Shown here: positions 1-10,968 of the stretch, one piece after another
How positions within the stretch are numbered: the first letter of the stretch is position 1
Layout of the letters: each line of letters starts with the position of its first letter
Assembly (NCBI GenBank): GCA_021163505.1
Contig: JAGGVE010000041.1
Location: forward strand, 1 to 48,434
From: Candidatus Iainarchaeum sp.
GTDB lineage: Archaea > Iainarchaeota > Iainarchaeia > Iainarchaeales > DTGL01
Direction of reading: 5' to 3'
DNA: 48,434 nt
Translations under genes and position numbers: made by a program
The notes under the pieces: model-generated
Database searches by the model: none
What the model saw: only the letters and a program-made list of their open reading frames with translations
What the model was told of the DNA's origin: nothing

Positions 1-80
1 CTTAAAAACCAAATTTTTTGAATTCAGAAAAATGCTTCAGGACTGTTATTATCGGAAGTAAAGGGGCCCTCTTATTCTCT

Positions 81-944
81 TTAAAGATTGTCCAAAGGGC
101 TTCTAACCTTCTTCAATTCTTCCGTAGATACTTTTGTATAAATCTGTGTTGTGGAAAGATTACTGTGCCCTAAAAGTTCTTGTATCTTTCTAATGCTCTC
201 GCCTGCTTCTAATAGGTGTGTTGCAAAAGAATGTCTAAAGCTATGCGGCGTTATGTTTTTATTTATCCCTGCTTTTACCCGTGCTTTTCTGACCATGCGT
301 TGAATAGAATCCACAGAAATAGGCGCTCCATTTCCTTTGCAAAAAACATACTCACTTTTAACCTTTCTACTTGCTAAGTATTTCTTTATTTCTTTAACCC
401 ATTGTTCGGAGAGGATCACTAACCGGTCTTTATTGCCTTTACCGCCTCTAACCATTGCGGTTTTTTCAGCCAAATTTAAGTCTTTTATTTTAAGTTTTGT
501 AACCTCACTGACGCGTAAGCCACTGGAGTAAAGAAGCATCAAAATCAACTTATCGCGTTTTCGCTTTGTGGCATCTAATATTTTTTTTACTTCCTCTTTT
601 GTCATAACTACCGGCAGTTTCTTGCCTTTTCTCGGCCTTTTTATCTCTTCCATAACATCACTTCGCAGGAACTCTTTGAAAAAATGTCTAAGAGCAGAAT
701 AAACCAAAGCTAGAGTTGAATCGCTTGCTCCTTGCTCGACCTTATGCGCCATAAATTTTATTATATCGGCTCTTTCAACCTTTAATGGGTCTTTTTTTAT
801 AAAATTAAGAAATTCGCCTACGTAGCAGAGATACATTTTAAGCGTGCGTTTCGAAAAGCTACCGACTATAAGCTCCTGTCTAAATTTCTCCACATAGTTT
901 TCAATTAGCTCTTTCTCTTTATCCTCTTTTTCAGATTTGTCCAT
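81..944 (-). CDS. xerA: Tyrosine site-specific recombinase, XerA/XerC-D family
   Basis: 287-aa ORF. Catalytic signature is visible: R in 'SGLRVSEV', H-x-x-R in 'HSFRHSFATHLL', H and Y in 'LGHSNLSTTQIYTKV'. N-terminal core-binding-like domain. Size fits archaeal XerA. Confidence 0.85.
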   Translation of the reverse strand: MDKSEKEDKEKELIENYVEKFRQELIVGSFSKRTLKMYLCYVGEFLNFIKKDPLKVERADIIKFMAHKVEQGASDSTLALVYSALRHFFKEFLRSDVMEEIKRPRKGKKLPVVMTKEEVKKILDATKRKRDKLILMLLYSSGLRVSEVTKLKIKDLNLAEKTAMVRGGKGNKDRLVILSEQWVKEIKKYLASRKVKSEYVFCKGNGAPISVDSIQRMVRKARVKAGINKNITPHSFRHSFATHLLEAGESIRKIQELLGHSNLSTTQIYTKVSTEELKKVRSPLDNL

Positions 945-1004
945 ATAATATTAAAGAAGAACTCTCCACTTAAAAAGGTTGTCGAATGCTATTTTCCTTT
1001 CCTC

Positions 1005-2918
1005 TTACAAACCTTTAACCAACTCAATTCCTTTAGAGGTTCTTATCCTTTGCTTCGAACCAGAGTTCTTTATCTCAATTACATACCTCTTTTTACCAAC
1101 TCGCACAACGCGTTTTATTTGCTTTATTGTGTTTGAAAGCCTTGGCCTGACAATCATTTCTTTTTTGAACGCATTCGGATGAATTCCAAGCATAAATTCG
1201 TCAATTGTTCTTATCACAAAGGCGGAACCCCATAACTGTAAGCCACAGCCCATAAGCGCGGAGGTTTCAGCATTCCAGGTTTCACCTATGCACCCCAAAG
1301 CATCATGCTCAAAATCTTTGCAAAGCAGTTTGAGTATTCTAAGACCTTTGCTGGACTTGCCAAGAGCAAATTCCGAGCAGGCTAACCAAGCGGTACATAA
1401 AGACCAGACCTGACCATTGTGGTACGCATTTGGGTTATAGTTTGCTTCGAGCTTTGAAATGCTACATATGCCTTTTTCAGACAAAAATTCTGGACTTTCG
1501 TAGAGCTTAAGAAGCTCTTTCCGCTTCGAAATTCCAAGCATTGAAGCGACTAAAGCATTTGGCCTCTTTGTAAGGTCTCTTTTTCCATAAAATATTCTGT
1601 CTGCTAACAGCTTAGCGCTATCGTCATAGAATGTTTTCTCAAAGCTTCTAAGCAGCTCGGCTGAAATCTGCCTACATTGCTCAGCAAGCTCACTTATTTT
1701 TTTATTGGGCTTCTTTAGCATAGAGCTTAGCTCAGCAAAGTCCTGCAACGCGGTTATAAAAAGCGCCTGCACTTCTATTGCCTTTTCTCTTCTATTTAGG
1801 GTGTCCATCCAAGTTTCATTTGCATCAAGGTCATGCATTATAAAACCATCAGAATCTTGCAAAGAGAGCAAAGCCTCAATACACTGCTTCGCTTTCTGCA
1901 ACGCTTTCTTTAGAAAAGCGTAGTCAGCAGAAAAAAGGACATAGTCCTTAAGTGCAGAAATAAACAGAGGGTTAGAATCTATCGAATTGTAGCTGGTCTC
2001 ATTGTATGCAATATAATTTGGGATTCGCCCATTTTTCATGTGCTTTATAAATTCAAGCAAGGCCTGCTTTGCTCTCTCAAACATCCCTGCATAGAGAAAA
2101 GCTTTAAAGCTCCAAAAAGTATCTCTAGCCCAGAACTGCAAAAACCATGGTAAACCAGCATAAAAGCCCTTGCTAGCGTAAAGCATCTCAAGGTTTAGCA
2201 ATGCCTTCCTAAATGAGCTCTCAATAAAAGGATCGCTACACTCAATAATACTGCAAAGTTTCTCATAATAATTTTTCTTCAGCTCTGGTTCGCGGTTATT
2301 GTACTTTTGCACGCTATCTGCGCACAGCATTAAACGTATCCTCTCTCCCTTCAAATGGATTCTTCCAGGAAGAAAATAACACTGTGGCTCGTTGCTTGGA
2401 GCATGGCTTTTGTAAGAAGGCTTGCTCTCAAATACCATAGAGCCGGATAGGGGCTTAACTATAAGCTTTCCAAGCTCTGAAGTTATTTCAAATGCATTTC
2501 TTTTCTTCTTGATTGAATACCGCCTTGCATGCAGGTTTTCTTCGCGAAAGCGCGTATTTATTGCCAGCTCGAGCTCCGCTTCCAAAGCAGAATTTTTTCC
2601 ACCAGTAAGCTCTAAAACAAGCACTGCTTTGTTTCTTGGTACAAAAATGCTTTGCTTAAACAACCCGCTGCTAAGCTTATGGATATGCTCGGCTTTCACA
2701 AAATTGTAAAGGCACTTTATGCAGTTACTTTCTGATAGGTACTCTGAGCCCACTTTAAACGCAAAGAATTCTATAAATTTTTTATTCCCTTTCCAAAAGC
2801 CGGTCCACTTTGTTTTAAAGCCGGTGTCGCAATACCTGTGAAAGAAACATTCAGGGTTTGTTAGAAAATAGGAATATTTATAAAGATCTTTTGTTTTATT
2901 AAATTGCGAAAGCATCAT
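1005..2918 (-). CDS. Glycogen debranching enzyme, amylo-alpha-1,6-glucosidase (GDE C-terminal / archaeal type)
   Basis: 637-aa ORF with (alpha/alpha)6-barrel-like motifs 'GLPWFLQFWARDTFWS' and 'YHNGQVWSLCTAWL'. It sits divergent to a glycogen synthase within a glycogen gene cluster. Confidence 0.72.
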   Translation of the reverse strand: MMLSQFNKTKDLYKYSYFLTNPECFFHRYCDTGFKTKWTGFWKGNKKFIEFFAFKVGSEYLSESNCIKCLYNFVKAEHIHKLSSGLFKQSIFVPRNKAVLVLELTGGKNSALEAELELAINTRFREENLHARRYSIKKKRNAFEITSELGKLIVKPLSGSMVFESKPSYKSHAPSNEPQCYFLPGRIHLKGERIRLMLCADSVQKYNNREPELKKNYYEKLCSIIECSDPFIESSFRKALLNLEMLYASKGFYAGLPWFLQFWARDTFWSFKAFLYAGMFERAKQALLEFIKHMKNGRIPNYIAYNETSYNSIDSNPLFISALKDYVLFSADYAFLKKALQKAKQCIEALLSLQDSDGFIMHDLDANETWMDTLNRREKAIEVQALFITALQDFAELSSMLKKPNKKISELAEQCRQISAELLRSFEKTFYDDSAKLLADRIFYGKRDLTKRPNALVASMLGISKRKELLKLYESPEFLSEKGICSISKLEANYNPNAYHNGQVWSLCTAWLACSEFALGKSSKGLRILKLLCKDFEHDALGCIGETWNAETSALMGCGLQLWGSAFVIRTIDEFMLGIHPNAFKKEMIVRPRLSNTIKQIKRVVRVGKKRYVIEIKNSGSKQRIRTSKGIELVKGL

Positions 2919-2965
2919 TTTTCACAAAAATTGAAAGATTAAAAACTTTATTTAATCTTAATTGT

Positions 2966-4804
2966 ATGAATGCAAGTGGTTTTATGGAGCGCAATTTAAT
3001 AATTTTTGAAGCAGCCTGGGAAGTAGCCAATAAAGTAGGCGGTATATACACTGTACTATCTACAAAAGCACCTGAGATGAAAAAGAACTTTCATGATTTC
3101 TTTGCAGTGGGGCCTTATATTAAAAGACATGCTGCTGTTGAATTTGAGAATGAAGAGCCCTCGCCAGAGTTCGGAGCAGTATTTGATTCCTTGGAAAATG
3201 ACTTTGGAATAAAATGTTATTCTGGCCACTGGCTTGTCACAGGCAGACCAAAATGCTTGCTTGTCGATCCTGCTGATTTCAGAGAAAAAACAAATGATAT
3301 AAAGCGCGAGTTCTGGGATATTTATAAGATAGATTCTTTAGGTTCTGCAGAGGATTATAACGAGCCTATTGTTTGGGGCAAAGCAGCAGGCTTACTTGTA
3401 GAGCGTCTTATTGAAGAAGTCTTTTCAAAGGAATTCGATAAAGATAAATGCATTCTACACTGCCACGAATGGCTCTCCGCAGGCGCATTGCTACACTTGA
3501 AACATTATAGACCAGAAATAAAAACGGTTTTTACTACGCACGCAACAGTGCTTGGCAGAACCATTGCTGAAGCTCGCGAACCCTTACATGAAGAGGTAAA
3601 TGCTGGCTTGGCAAAGAATACAGTTGTTGATGATAGCAGAGCATACAAATATGGAGTCCAAGCAAAGCACCTAACAGAAAAAGCTTGCGCTCATAGCGCA
3701 GATGTTTTCACAACAGTTTCAGAAATAACTGCTAAAGAGGCTGAATACATTCTTGGGAAGAAAGCTGAAATAATAACTCCAAATGGTTTAAACGTTGAGA
3801 AGTTTCACCTTATGGAAGAACTTGCAAACCTCCATGTAAAATATAGGAACACAATAAGACGTTTTGTGCTTGATTACTTCGCTCCGTATTATTATGTAAA
3901 TATTGAGGATAGCCTTTTTTACTTCATTTCCGGGCGCTATGAAATAAGGAATAAAGGTATTGACCTTTTTATAGATTCGCTTGCAGAGCTAAATAAGAAG
4001 CTAAAAAGAGAAAGTAAGCAAACAATAGTTGTAGCATTTATATGGGTGCCTGCACCAAATAGAGGAAAGAATATCGAGTTGCTTAAGCACATGGCTCTTT
4101 ATGAGCGCATAGAAGATGAGATTGAAGAGGAAGTGAAGAAGATAAAGAACAGGCTTTATTATTCAATTTCCCGCGGAGAGCCTCCAACAGAGAAAAACTT
4201 ATTGGATAATGAATTTCTCTATAAGATAAAGAAGATGCTCTTTGAGCTGAAGCATGAAAAAAACGATTTGCCACCAATCAGCGTTCTTGATGTTCCTGAA
4301 AATGATGCTATTTTACAGAGAATAATGAATAAAGGGCTTCTAAATAAAGAAGAGGATAAAGTAAAGGTTATTTATTATCCAACATATCTAAATCCAGCTG
4401 ATGGGCTCATAGGCTTAGAGTATTACCAAGCGGTCATAGGCTGTCATCTAGGTGTTTTTCCAAGCTATTATGAACCTTGGGGTTATACGCCTTTGGAAAC
4501 CATAGCTTTGGGTTTGCCTGCTGTGACAACAGATTTAAGCGGCTTTGGGCGCTTTGTTCTCAATAATATTTCAAGCGAGGAAGCGAAGGATGCAATAAAA
4601 GTAATTGGCAGGGAAAGCGTTTCCTATGAACAATCTCTTAAGCAGCTGACAGAGTTCCTTTATAGAATCTATTCAATGCCCAAAAGAGAGCGTGGCGAAG
4701 CCAAAATAAGAGCAAAGCGCATAAGCTACTTATTCAGCTGGGACAAACTTATAGAAAACTACATAAATGCATATGATTTAGCATTGCAGAGGCGAGAAGA
4801 TTAA
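2966..4804 (+). CDS. Glycogen synthase, GT3 (animal/fungal-type) family
   Basis: 612 aa. The N-terminus 'FEAAWEVANKVGGIYTVLSTKA' and 'HCHEWLSAG...VFTTHATVLGR' closely resemble the conserved blocks of animal/fungal glycogen synthase (recalled from GYS1: FEVAWEVANKVGGIYTV, HFHEWLAG, FTTHATLLGR). Confidence 0.85.
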   Translation: MNASGFMERNLIIFEAAWEVANKVGGIYTVLSTKAPEMKKNFHDFFAVGPYIKRHAAVEFENEEPSPEFGAVFDSLENDFGIKCYSGHWLVTGRPKCLLVDPADFREKTNDIKREFWDIYKIDSLGSAEDYNEPIVWGKAAGLLVERLIEEVFSKEFDKDKCILHCHEWLSAGALLHLKHYRPEIKTVFTTHATVLGRTIAEAREPLHEEVNAGLAKNTVVDDSRAYKYGVQAKHLTEKACAHSADVFTTVSEITAKEAEYILGKKAEIITPNGLNVEKFHLMEELANLHVKYRNTIRRFVLDYFAPYYYVNIEDSLFYFISGRYEIRNKGIDLFIDSLAELNKKLKRESKQTIVVAFIWVPAPNRGKNIELLKHMALYERIEDEIEEEVKKIKNRLYYSISRGEPPTEKNLLDNEFLYKIKKMLFELKHEKNDLPPISVLDVPENDAILQRIMNKGLLNKEEDKVKVIYYPTYLNPADGLIGLEYYQAVIGCHLGVFPSYYEPWGYTPLETIALGLPAVTTDLSGFGRFVLNNISSEEAKDAIKVIGRESVSYEQSLKQLTEFLYRIYSMPKRERGEAKIRAKRISYLFSWDKLIENYINAYDLALQRRED

Positions 4805-5976
4805 GCCTTACTTAGTCTATTTTTCAGATCATTCAAAACATTCATATAATTTATATATGCATCATAAGGCGTTTCATAAGGATTGAAGTATTTGTGCACG
4901 TCGCCGTCAGCAAACCATTTTGTGCACATATAATAGAAATGATCCGATGTTTGGAGCAGGCGCCATTCGTGCAAGAGCTTTTCATCTTTTGATTTTTTAA
5001 CACTCTTTTCAATCTTCTTCACTTCTTCAAATGCATGCTTTTGCATGCGATTCTCCAACCATGCTGAAAGGTCCCTATCGATATCAGCCCAGGATATAAG
5101 CTCTGGAACATCAAGTTCGTCCCTTGGCTTAATCTTTTTTATTAGTTCGGATGCAAGCGAAAATCGCAAATGCTTGTGTTTCATCACTTCTTTTGGCAAA
5201 TGCCTCATAAATTCAAAGATGCCAGTTTCTGGCCACTGATGTTCGCCAAAGGTTTCATAATCTAAAAAGATATTGATGCATTCACCAGGAGTGTTTGCAA
5301 GCCAGTAGGCATATTTATCCGCTGTTAAAGGGTGCTCGCTCCAGCTGCGCTCTGAAAACCTAAATGCAATATCATCGCTTAGCCTATAATTCCTTAGAAG
5401 CAAAACAAGCGGAGCATCCTTGGCTTTATAGAGATAATTTGGGCTTCTCCAGCCCAATATCTTTTCTGTGCCTTCAGTTACAGCAGCTTTAAAACCGAGC
5501 TTACTTACAACATCAGCTATCTTGTTTGAATAAACCGCCTCGGTATTTCTGAAGATTTTGGGTTTAATACCGAAGGTGCTTTTCAATGCTTTTTTGTGAA
5601 GCTTTATCTGCTCAATAAACTCTCGCTCGGATATAAGGAAGGCTAATGAATGATAGTAGGTTTCACCAAATAGTTCGCAGCATTTTGTGTTGAGCAATTC
5701 ATCAAATGTTTCAATTACATTCGGAAAATGCGCTTCAAGTTGCTCGAGAAGCACGCCAGTGATGCTAAAGTTCACCTTAAATGCACCGTCAGTTTCGCTT
5801 ATGAGGTCAAGCAATAGCTTATTTGCTGGCAAGTAGCACTTTTCTGCAACTCGCGCCAAGTATGTTTTGTTTCGCTCAGTATCAAAGTAACTCTTACCAC
5901 TACCGATATCAAAGAAGGTAAACTTCCCTATGCGCAACGGCTGGTGAACCTGAAAATAAAAACAAAGCTCAGTCAT
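4801..5976 (-). CDS. Glycoside hydrolase family 57 protein (alpha-amylase / alpha-glucan-acting)
   Basis: 391 aa. GH57-like blocks 'FYFQVHQPLR' at the N-terminus and 'FLDYETFGEHQW'. Its stop overlaps the convergent GT3 stop (TTAA at 4801-4804). Confidence 0.78.
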   Translation of the reverse strand: MTELCFYFQVHQPLRIGKFTFFDIGSGKSYFDTERNKTYLARVAEKCYLPANKLLLDLISETDGAFKVNFSITGVLLEQLEAHFPNVIETFDELLNTKCCELFGETYYHSLAFLISEREFIEQIKLHKKALKSTFGIKPKIFRNTEAVYSNKIADVVSKLGFKAAVTEGTEKILGWRSPNYLYKAKDAPLVLLLRNYRLSDDIAFRFSERSWSEHPLTADKYAYWLANTPGECINIFLDYETFGEHQWPETGIFEFMRHLPKEVMKHKHLRFSLASELIKKIKPRDELDVPELISWADIDRDLSAWLENRMQKHAFEEVKKIEKSVKKSKDEKLLHEWRLLQTSDHFYYMCTKWFADGDVHKYFNPYETPYDAYINYMNVLNDLKNRLSKA

Positions 5977-7163
5977 GAGAGCACCTTTTCATAGAGCTCA
6001 ATACACTCAGCAGCAACATTGCGCCATGTTCTAAAGCGTTTTATCTCTCTATGCGAGTTTTCTTTAAGCTCTATATGTAGCGGAGGATACTGAAGCAAGG
6101 AGATTATTTTGTTAGCGAGTTCATTAACATCCCAAAAATCAACCTTCAGGCAATTCCTAAGCACCTCGCTAACGCCACTCTGCTTACTCACAATTACAGG
6201 CACATTACAAGCCATCGCTTCTAAAGCGGTTAAGCCAAAGGGTTCCGAAACGCTTGGCATAACAAACACATCCGCTATAGAATAGTATTTTCTCACATCA
6301 GGATCAAAGCCGACAAAATGCACACGATCGCTAATGCCAAGCTCTATGCTTTTTTGTATCAGGTTGAACATGAGATCGCCGGAGCCAACTATTACGAATC
6401 TAGTGTTCGGCACCTTTTCAAGCACAAGCTTAGCTGCATCAAGGAAAAACTCACAGCCTTTCTGGATTGTAAGTCTGCCAACAAAGAGCACTACCTTATC
6501 TGAAAGGTATTTTTCTATAGGTACTCTTTTGTAATGGTCTAGATCTATGGCGTTGTGCACAACATAGATTTTTTCATCTGGAATGCCGTAGCGTTCAACA
6601 AGCTGTTTTTTTTCATAGTTGCTCACAGTAATAACAAGATCAGCTTCAAGAAGCCCTTGTCTTTCAATAGAGGTTATAAGCGGGTTTGGGCAGATATTTC
6701 CTGTCCTATCAAATTCTGTGCTATGCAGGGTTACAACAAGTGGTTTTTTGAGGATTCGTTTGAGCGCTATGCCTGCTGGATAGGTCATCCAATCATGGCA
6801 GTGAATAAGATCGCAATCTACAAGCGAGCCTATCTGAACAGCACGCATATTGTAATATTCAACCTCTTGAAAGAAGCCCCATCCATACACGCTAGCTATT
6901 GTCGATGTCTTTCCACTGCTGTTGTAGAAAGCCTGGGTGGGAGAAGCATAAGGCGTTAGCTTAGAAGCTATGGCAATACTTTCAATTCCATCGGCCTGAA
7001 TTATCTCTATAAAATCATAGTTCATTTTCTTGCCTGTGTATGGCATAATAAAGGTTATCTTAACTCCAAGCTTGTTTAATTCTCTTGTGAAACCTAACAG
7101 GTATGTACCCAAGCCACCGGATTTGAATGGGGGAAACTCCCATCCAAGCATAAGAACCCGCAT
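5973..7163 (-). CDS. GT-B glycosyltransferase, GlgA-like glycogen/alpha-glucan synthase (GT4/GT5)
   Basis: 'MRVLMLGWEFPPFKSGGLGT' (KxGGL-type N-terminus) and C-terminal 'PSVSEPFGLTALEAMACNVPVIVS' (E-x7-E). The ORF track starts at 7205, but the internal Met at 7163 gives the canonical N-terminus. Overlaps the GH57 gene by 4 nt. Confidence 0.7.
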   Translation of the reverse strand: MRVLMLGWEFPPFKSGGLGTYLLGFTRELNKLGVKITFIMPYTGKKMNYDFIEIIQADGIESIAIASKLTPYASPTQAFYNSSGKTSTIASVYGWGFFQEVEYYNMRAVQIGSLVDCDLIHCHDWMTYPAGIALKRILKKPLVVTLHSTEFDRTGNICPNPLITSIERQGLLEADLVITVSNYEKKQLVERYGIPDEKIYVVHNAIDLDHYKRVPIEKYLSDKVVLFVGRLTIQKGCEFFLDAAKLVLEKVPNTRFVIVGSGDLMFNLIQKSIELGISDRVHFVGFDPDVRKYYSIADVFVMPSVSEPFGLTALEAMACNVPVIVSKQSGVSEVLRNCLKVDFWDVNELANKIISLLQYPPLHIELKENSHREIKRFRTWRNVAAECIELYEKVLS

Positions 7164-7245
7164 ATTCGTCACGCAAGTATTTAGTTTGATAAAATAATTA
7201 GTCAATCTATATTTAAATATACACTTTCATAGAACAATGAAACTT

Positions 7246-8463
7246 TCACTCTCTGATTTTAACATTTGCCAGTGCTGTTAGCGCTGGAAGCTCTGCTCCG
7301 GTGAGGAACATAAGCAATGCTTTTCCTGCTAAGCTAACATGTCCAAACTCTGTGCTTTTGAAGCCAAGTCTTATCATAGCTGTTACTGTATCGCCGCCAC
7401 CAATAAGTGTAAATCCTCTTGCTCCAGCCAGAGCGTCAAACATCTTTCTTGTTCCAAACGCAAACTGGTAGGATTCAAACTTGCCCACAGGCCCATTGTA
7501 AATTACAAGCTCGGCCTTTCTTATAACGTTCTCATAGGTGTTGATTGTTATTTCGCCAATATCAAATATCATATCGTTAACAGGCAACTCTGCCAGCGAG
7601 ATCTCTTCGCGCAAGCCATTGCGCCTAACAGCCAAATCAGCAGGGAATAATATGCGACCCTTAAACTTGGTTAAGAGCGCTCTCACTTCAGGAACAAACT
7701 CAAGCAAGCCCTTTTCTTCCAAAAATTTTTCCTTGATGCCAAGTTTTGCGCCTTTTGCCATTATTGCAAGCTCACCCAAAGCACCGCCCAAGAGAACCTT
7801 ACTCACTCTTCGTTCTTTTAGCATCTTCTCCATAACAAATAATGAGTCTTCAGGCTTCATTCCACCTAAAATTAACACGGAATTATCTTTGATCTTCTTC
7901 ACTCTCTCCAATGCTTGCAATTCAGACATTAGAACAGGGCCTGCATAGCTTGGAAGTAATGGAATAAACCCGACTACTGTTGCATGGCTTCTATGTGCAA
8001 CGCTAAGCGCATCCAACACATAGTAATCAGCTAAAGATGCAAGCTTCTTTATTACAGGCTCTCTCGCATGCTCTTCTGGGCCTTTATTCTCAGCCTCAAA
8101 CTCTAAAAAGCGTGTGTTATCCAGCATCAAGGCTTTACCTTCTCCGAGCTCTTTTATCGCTTTCTCGTAATTGCTACTCCAAGTGTAAAAAGCAATTTCA
8201 TCACCGAGCATCTCGGCGAGCTTGTCTCTGTGTTGCTTTAGATCTATGAAATCTTCGCGCCCCTTCCTGCCCTGATGTGAAAGTATAACTACCTTTGCAT
8301 TTGCATCCAATAGCTTCTTTATAGTTTTGAAATGTTCCGCTAGCTTTGGACTATGTAATAGCTTCCCATCCTTTACAGAGCTGTTCAGATCAACCCTAAG
8401 CAGAATTGTTTTGCCGCTTACCTCTATATCTTCAATAGGCTTAATTTTCTCAATAAGTTCCAT
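7246..8463 (-). CDS. pgk: Phosphoglycerate kinase
   Basis: 405 aa. Motifs 'LLRVDLNS', 'ILSHQGRKG' and C-terminal 'LIGGGDTVTA'. Confidence 0.9.
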   Translation of the reverse strand: MELIEKIKPIEDIEVSGKTILLRVDLNSSVKDGKLLHSPKLAEHFKTIKKLLDANAKVVILSHQGRKGREDFIDLKQHRDKLAEMLGDEIAFYTWSSNYEKAIKELGEGKALMLDNTRFLEFEAENKGPEEHAREPVIKKLASLADYYVLDALSVAHRSHATVVGFIPLLPSYAGPVLMSELQALERVKKIKDNSVLILGGMKPEDSLFVMEKMLKERRVSKVLLGGALGELAIMAKGAKLGIKEKFLEEKGLLEFVPEVRALLTKFKGRILFPADLAVRRNGLREEISLAELPVNDMIFDIGEITINTYENVIRKAELVIYNGPVGKFESYQFAFGTRKMFDALAGARGFTLIGGGDTVTAMIRLGFKSTEFGHVSLAGKALLMFLTGAELPALTALANVKIRE

Positions 8464-8467
8464 ACAA

Positions 8468-9484
<1,017 letters not shown>

Positions 9485-9571
9485 TTATAGAGATTAGCTT
9501 TATCTTATTTAAATATTTATAGTACGTTGTTCAAAGGGCTCTTTTCCAAACATTTAAACAATCAGCCGAGC

Positions 9572-10963
9572 TTAGCATTGCTTTATCTTTTCAACCTCTT
9601 CTTTTGCCAAGCCGAATTCAGCAAGCTTTTTCTTAAGCATATATAGAATCTCCTTTAGCCTTTGCTCGCTTTTTGCTTCAGCTCTTACTATAATCTTTGC
9701 GCTTGTATTGCTTGCCCTTATTAAGAACCAGCCGTCTTCAAGCAGAACGCGAATGCCATCAATTGTAATAGCTTTATATCGCTTGCTGAAATGCTGCTTA
9801 GCTCTTTCAACTATGCGCCATTTCTCCTGCTCCGAGCAGCTTATTCTCAGTTCAGGTGTTGCATAATACTTTGGCATCTCCGCTAGGAGCTCAGAGAGCT
9901 TTTTATCACTTTTCGAAACGAGTTCGCATAACCGCGAAGCAGCAAACAGCGCATCATCGAAGCCGAAATAGTTATCTCTAAAGAACATATGCCCTGACAT
10001 TTCACCAGCCAGTAAAGCGTTTTCTTCAACCATCTTCTGCTTTATTAATGAATGGCCTGTTTTATACATAATAGGTATTCCACCACACTTTTCAATAACC
10101 TCTGGAAGCGCCTGCGAGCACTTCACCTCAAATACAATTTTCGCTTGTGGCTTTCTCTTCAAGAGTTCTGCAGAGAAAAGTGCGAGCAGATAATCACCCC
10201 AGATTATATTGCCTTTTTCATCTACTGCGCCGATTCTATCGGAGTCGCCATCAAATGCTACGCCCAAATCAGCGTTATGCTCTTTTACAGCATTAATCAA
10301 ATCCTGCATATTCTCCACTTTTGTCGGATCCGGTTGATGGTTGGGAAAGCGGCTATCCAACGAGCAATAGAGAAGCTTTGCTTTGCAGCCAATTCTCTTA
10401 AAAAGCTCTTCAACAACTAAAGAGGAGCAGCCATTGCCACAATCAACCACAACACTTACTTCGCGCTCTAAATGTATGCGTTCAGTAATCGCATTTATGT
10501 AGGCTTCCAAAACATCCTTTTTCTGCAGGCTTCCATCGCCATTTTCAAAATCCTGCTTAGCAATCATTTCCCTTAGCTTTGCTATCTGCTTCCCATAAAG
10601 CGTTAAAGCCTTGCTGCTTGCGCTAAGCTTAAAACCGTTGAATTCCTTCGTGAGATGCGAACCAGTAATCATTGCTCCGCCGCTAGCCCTGAAATGAATT
10701 ATTGAAAAATAGAGCGCAGGTATAGGTACTGTGCCAATATCAATTATATTGCAGCCTGTGCTCATAACGCCGGAAGCAAAAGCCTTCTTTATTCGCTTGC
10801 TGCTTTTCCTGTTATCCATTCCAAGCGTTATTAGGTTACCTGAATTGCGCAGAACATAGCTTCCAAAAGCCTTGCCTATTAAAAAGCAGGTTTCATCATC
10901 AAGCTCTGTTGCAAGCCCCCTTATATCATATTCTCTAAATATGTGCTCTGGCAAGGTTACCAT
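9572..10963 (-). CDS. alpha-D-phosphohexomutase (phosphoglucomutase/phosphomannomutase)
   Basis: 463 aa. Phosphoserine loop 'ITGSHLTKEFNGFK', Mg site 'FDGDSDRIG', sugar loop 'GEMSGHMFF'. Confidence 0.87.
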   Translation of the reverse strand: MVTLPEHIFREYDIRGLATELDDETCFLIGKAFGSYVLRNSGNLITLGMDNRKSSKRIKKAFASGVMSTGCNIIDIGTVPIPALYFSIIHFRASGGAMITGSHLTKEFNGFKLSASSKALTLYGKQIAKLREMIAKQDFENGDGSLQKKDVLEAYINAITERIHLEREVSVVVDCGNGCSSLVVEELFKRIGCKAKLLYCSLDSRFPNHQPDPTKVENMQDLINAVKEHNADLGVAFDGDSDRIGAVDEKGNIIWGDYLLALFSAELLKRKPQAKIVFEVKCSQALPEVIEKCGGIPIMYKTGHSLIKQKMVEENALLAGEMSGHMFFRDNYFGFDDALFAASRLCELVSKSDKKLSELLAEMPKYYATPELRISCSEQEKWRIVERAKQHFSKRYKAITIDGIRVLLEDGWFLIRASNTSAKIIVRAEAKSEQRLKEILYMLKKKLAEFGLAKEEVEKIKQC

Positions 10964-10968
10964 TCAAT

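Noticed and set aside
81-944. Xer-like recombinase as the marker of an integrated mobile element or island boundary
   Set aside because: I saw no flanking direct repeats, tRNA target or phage/plasmid genes, and the neighbours are housekeeping glycogen genes. It is more simply the chromosomal XerA dimer-resolution recombinase.
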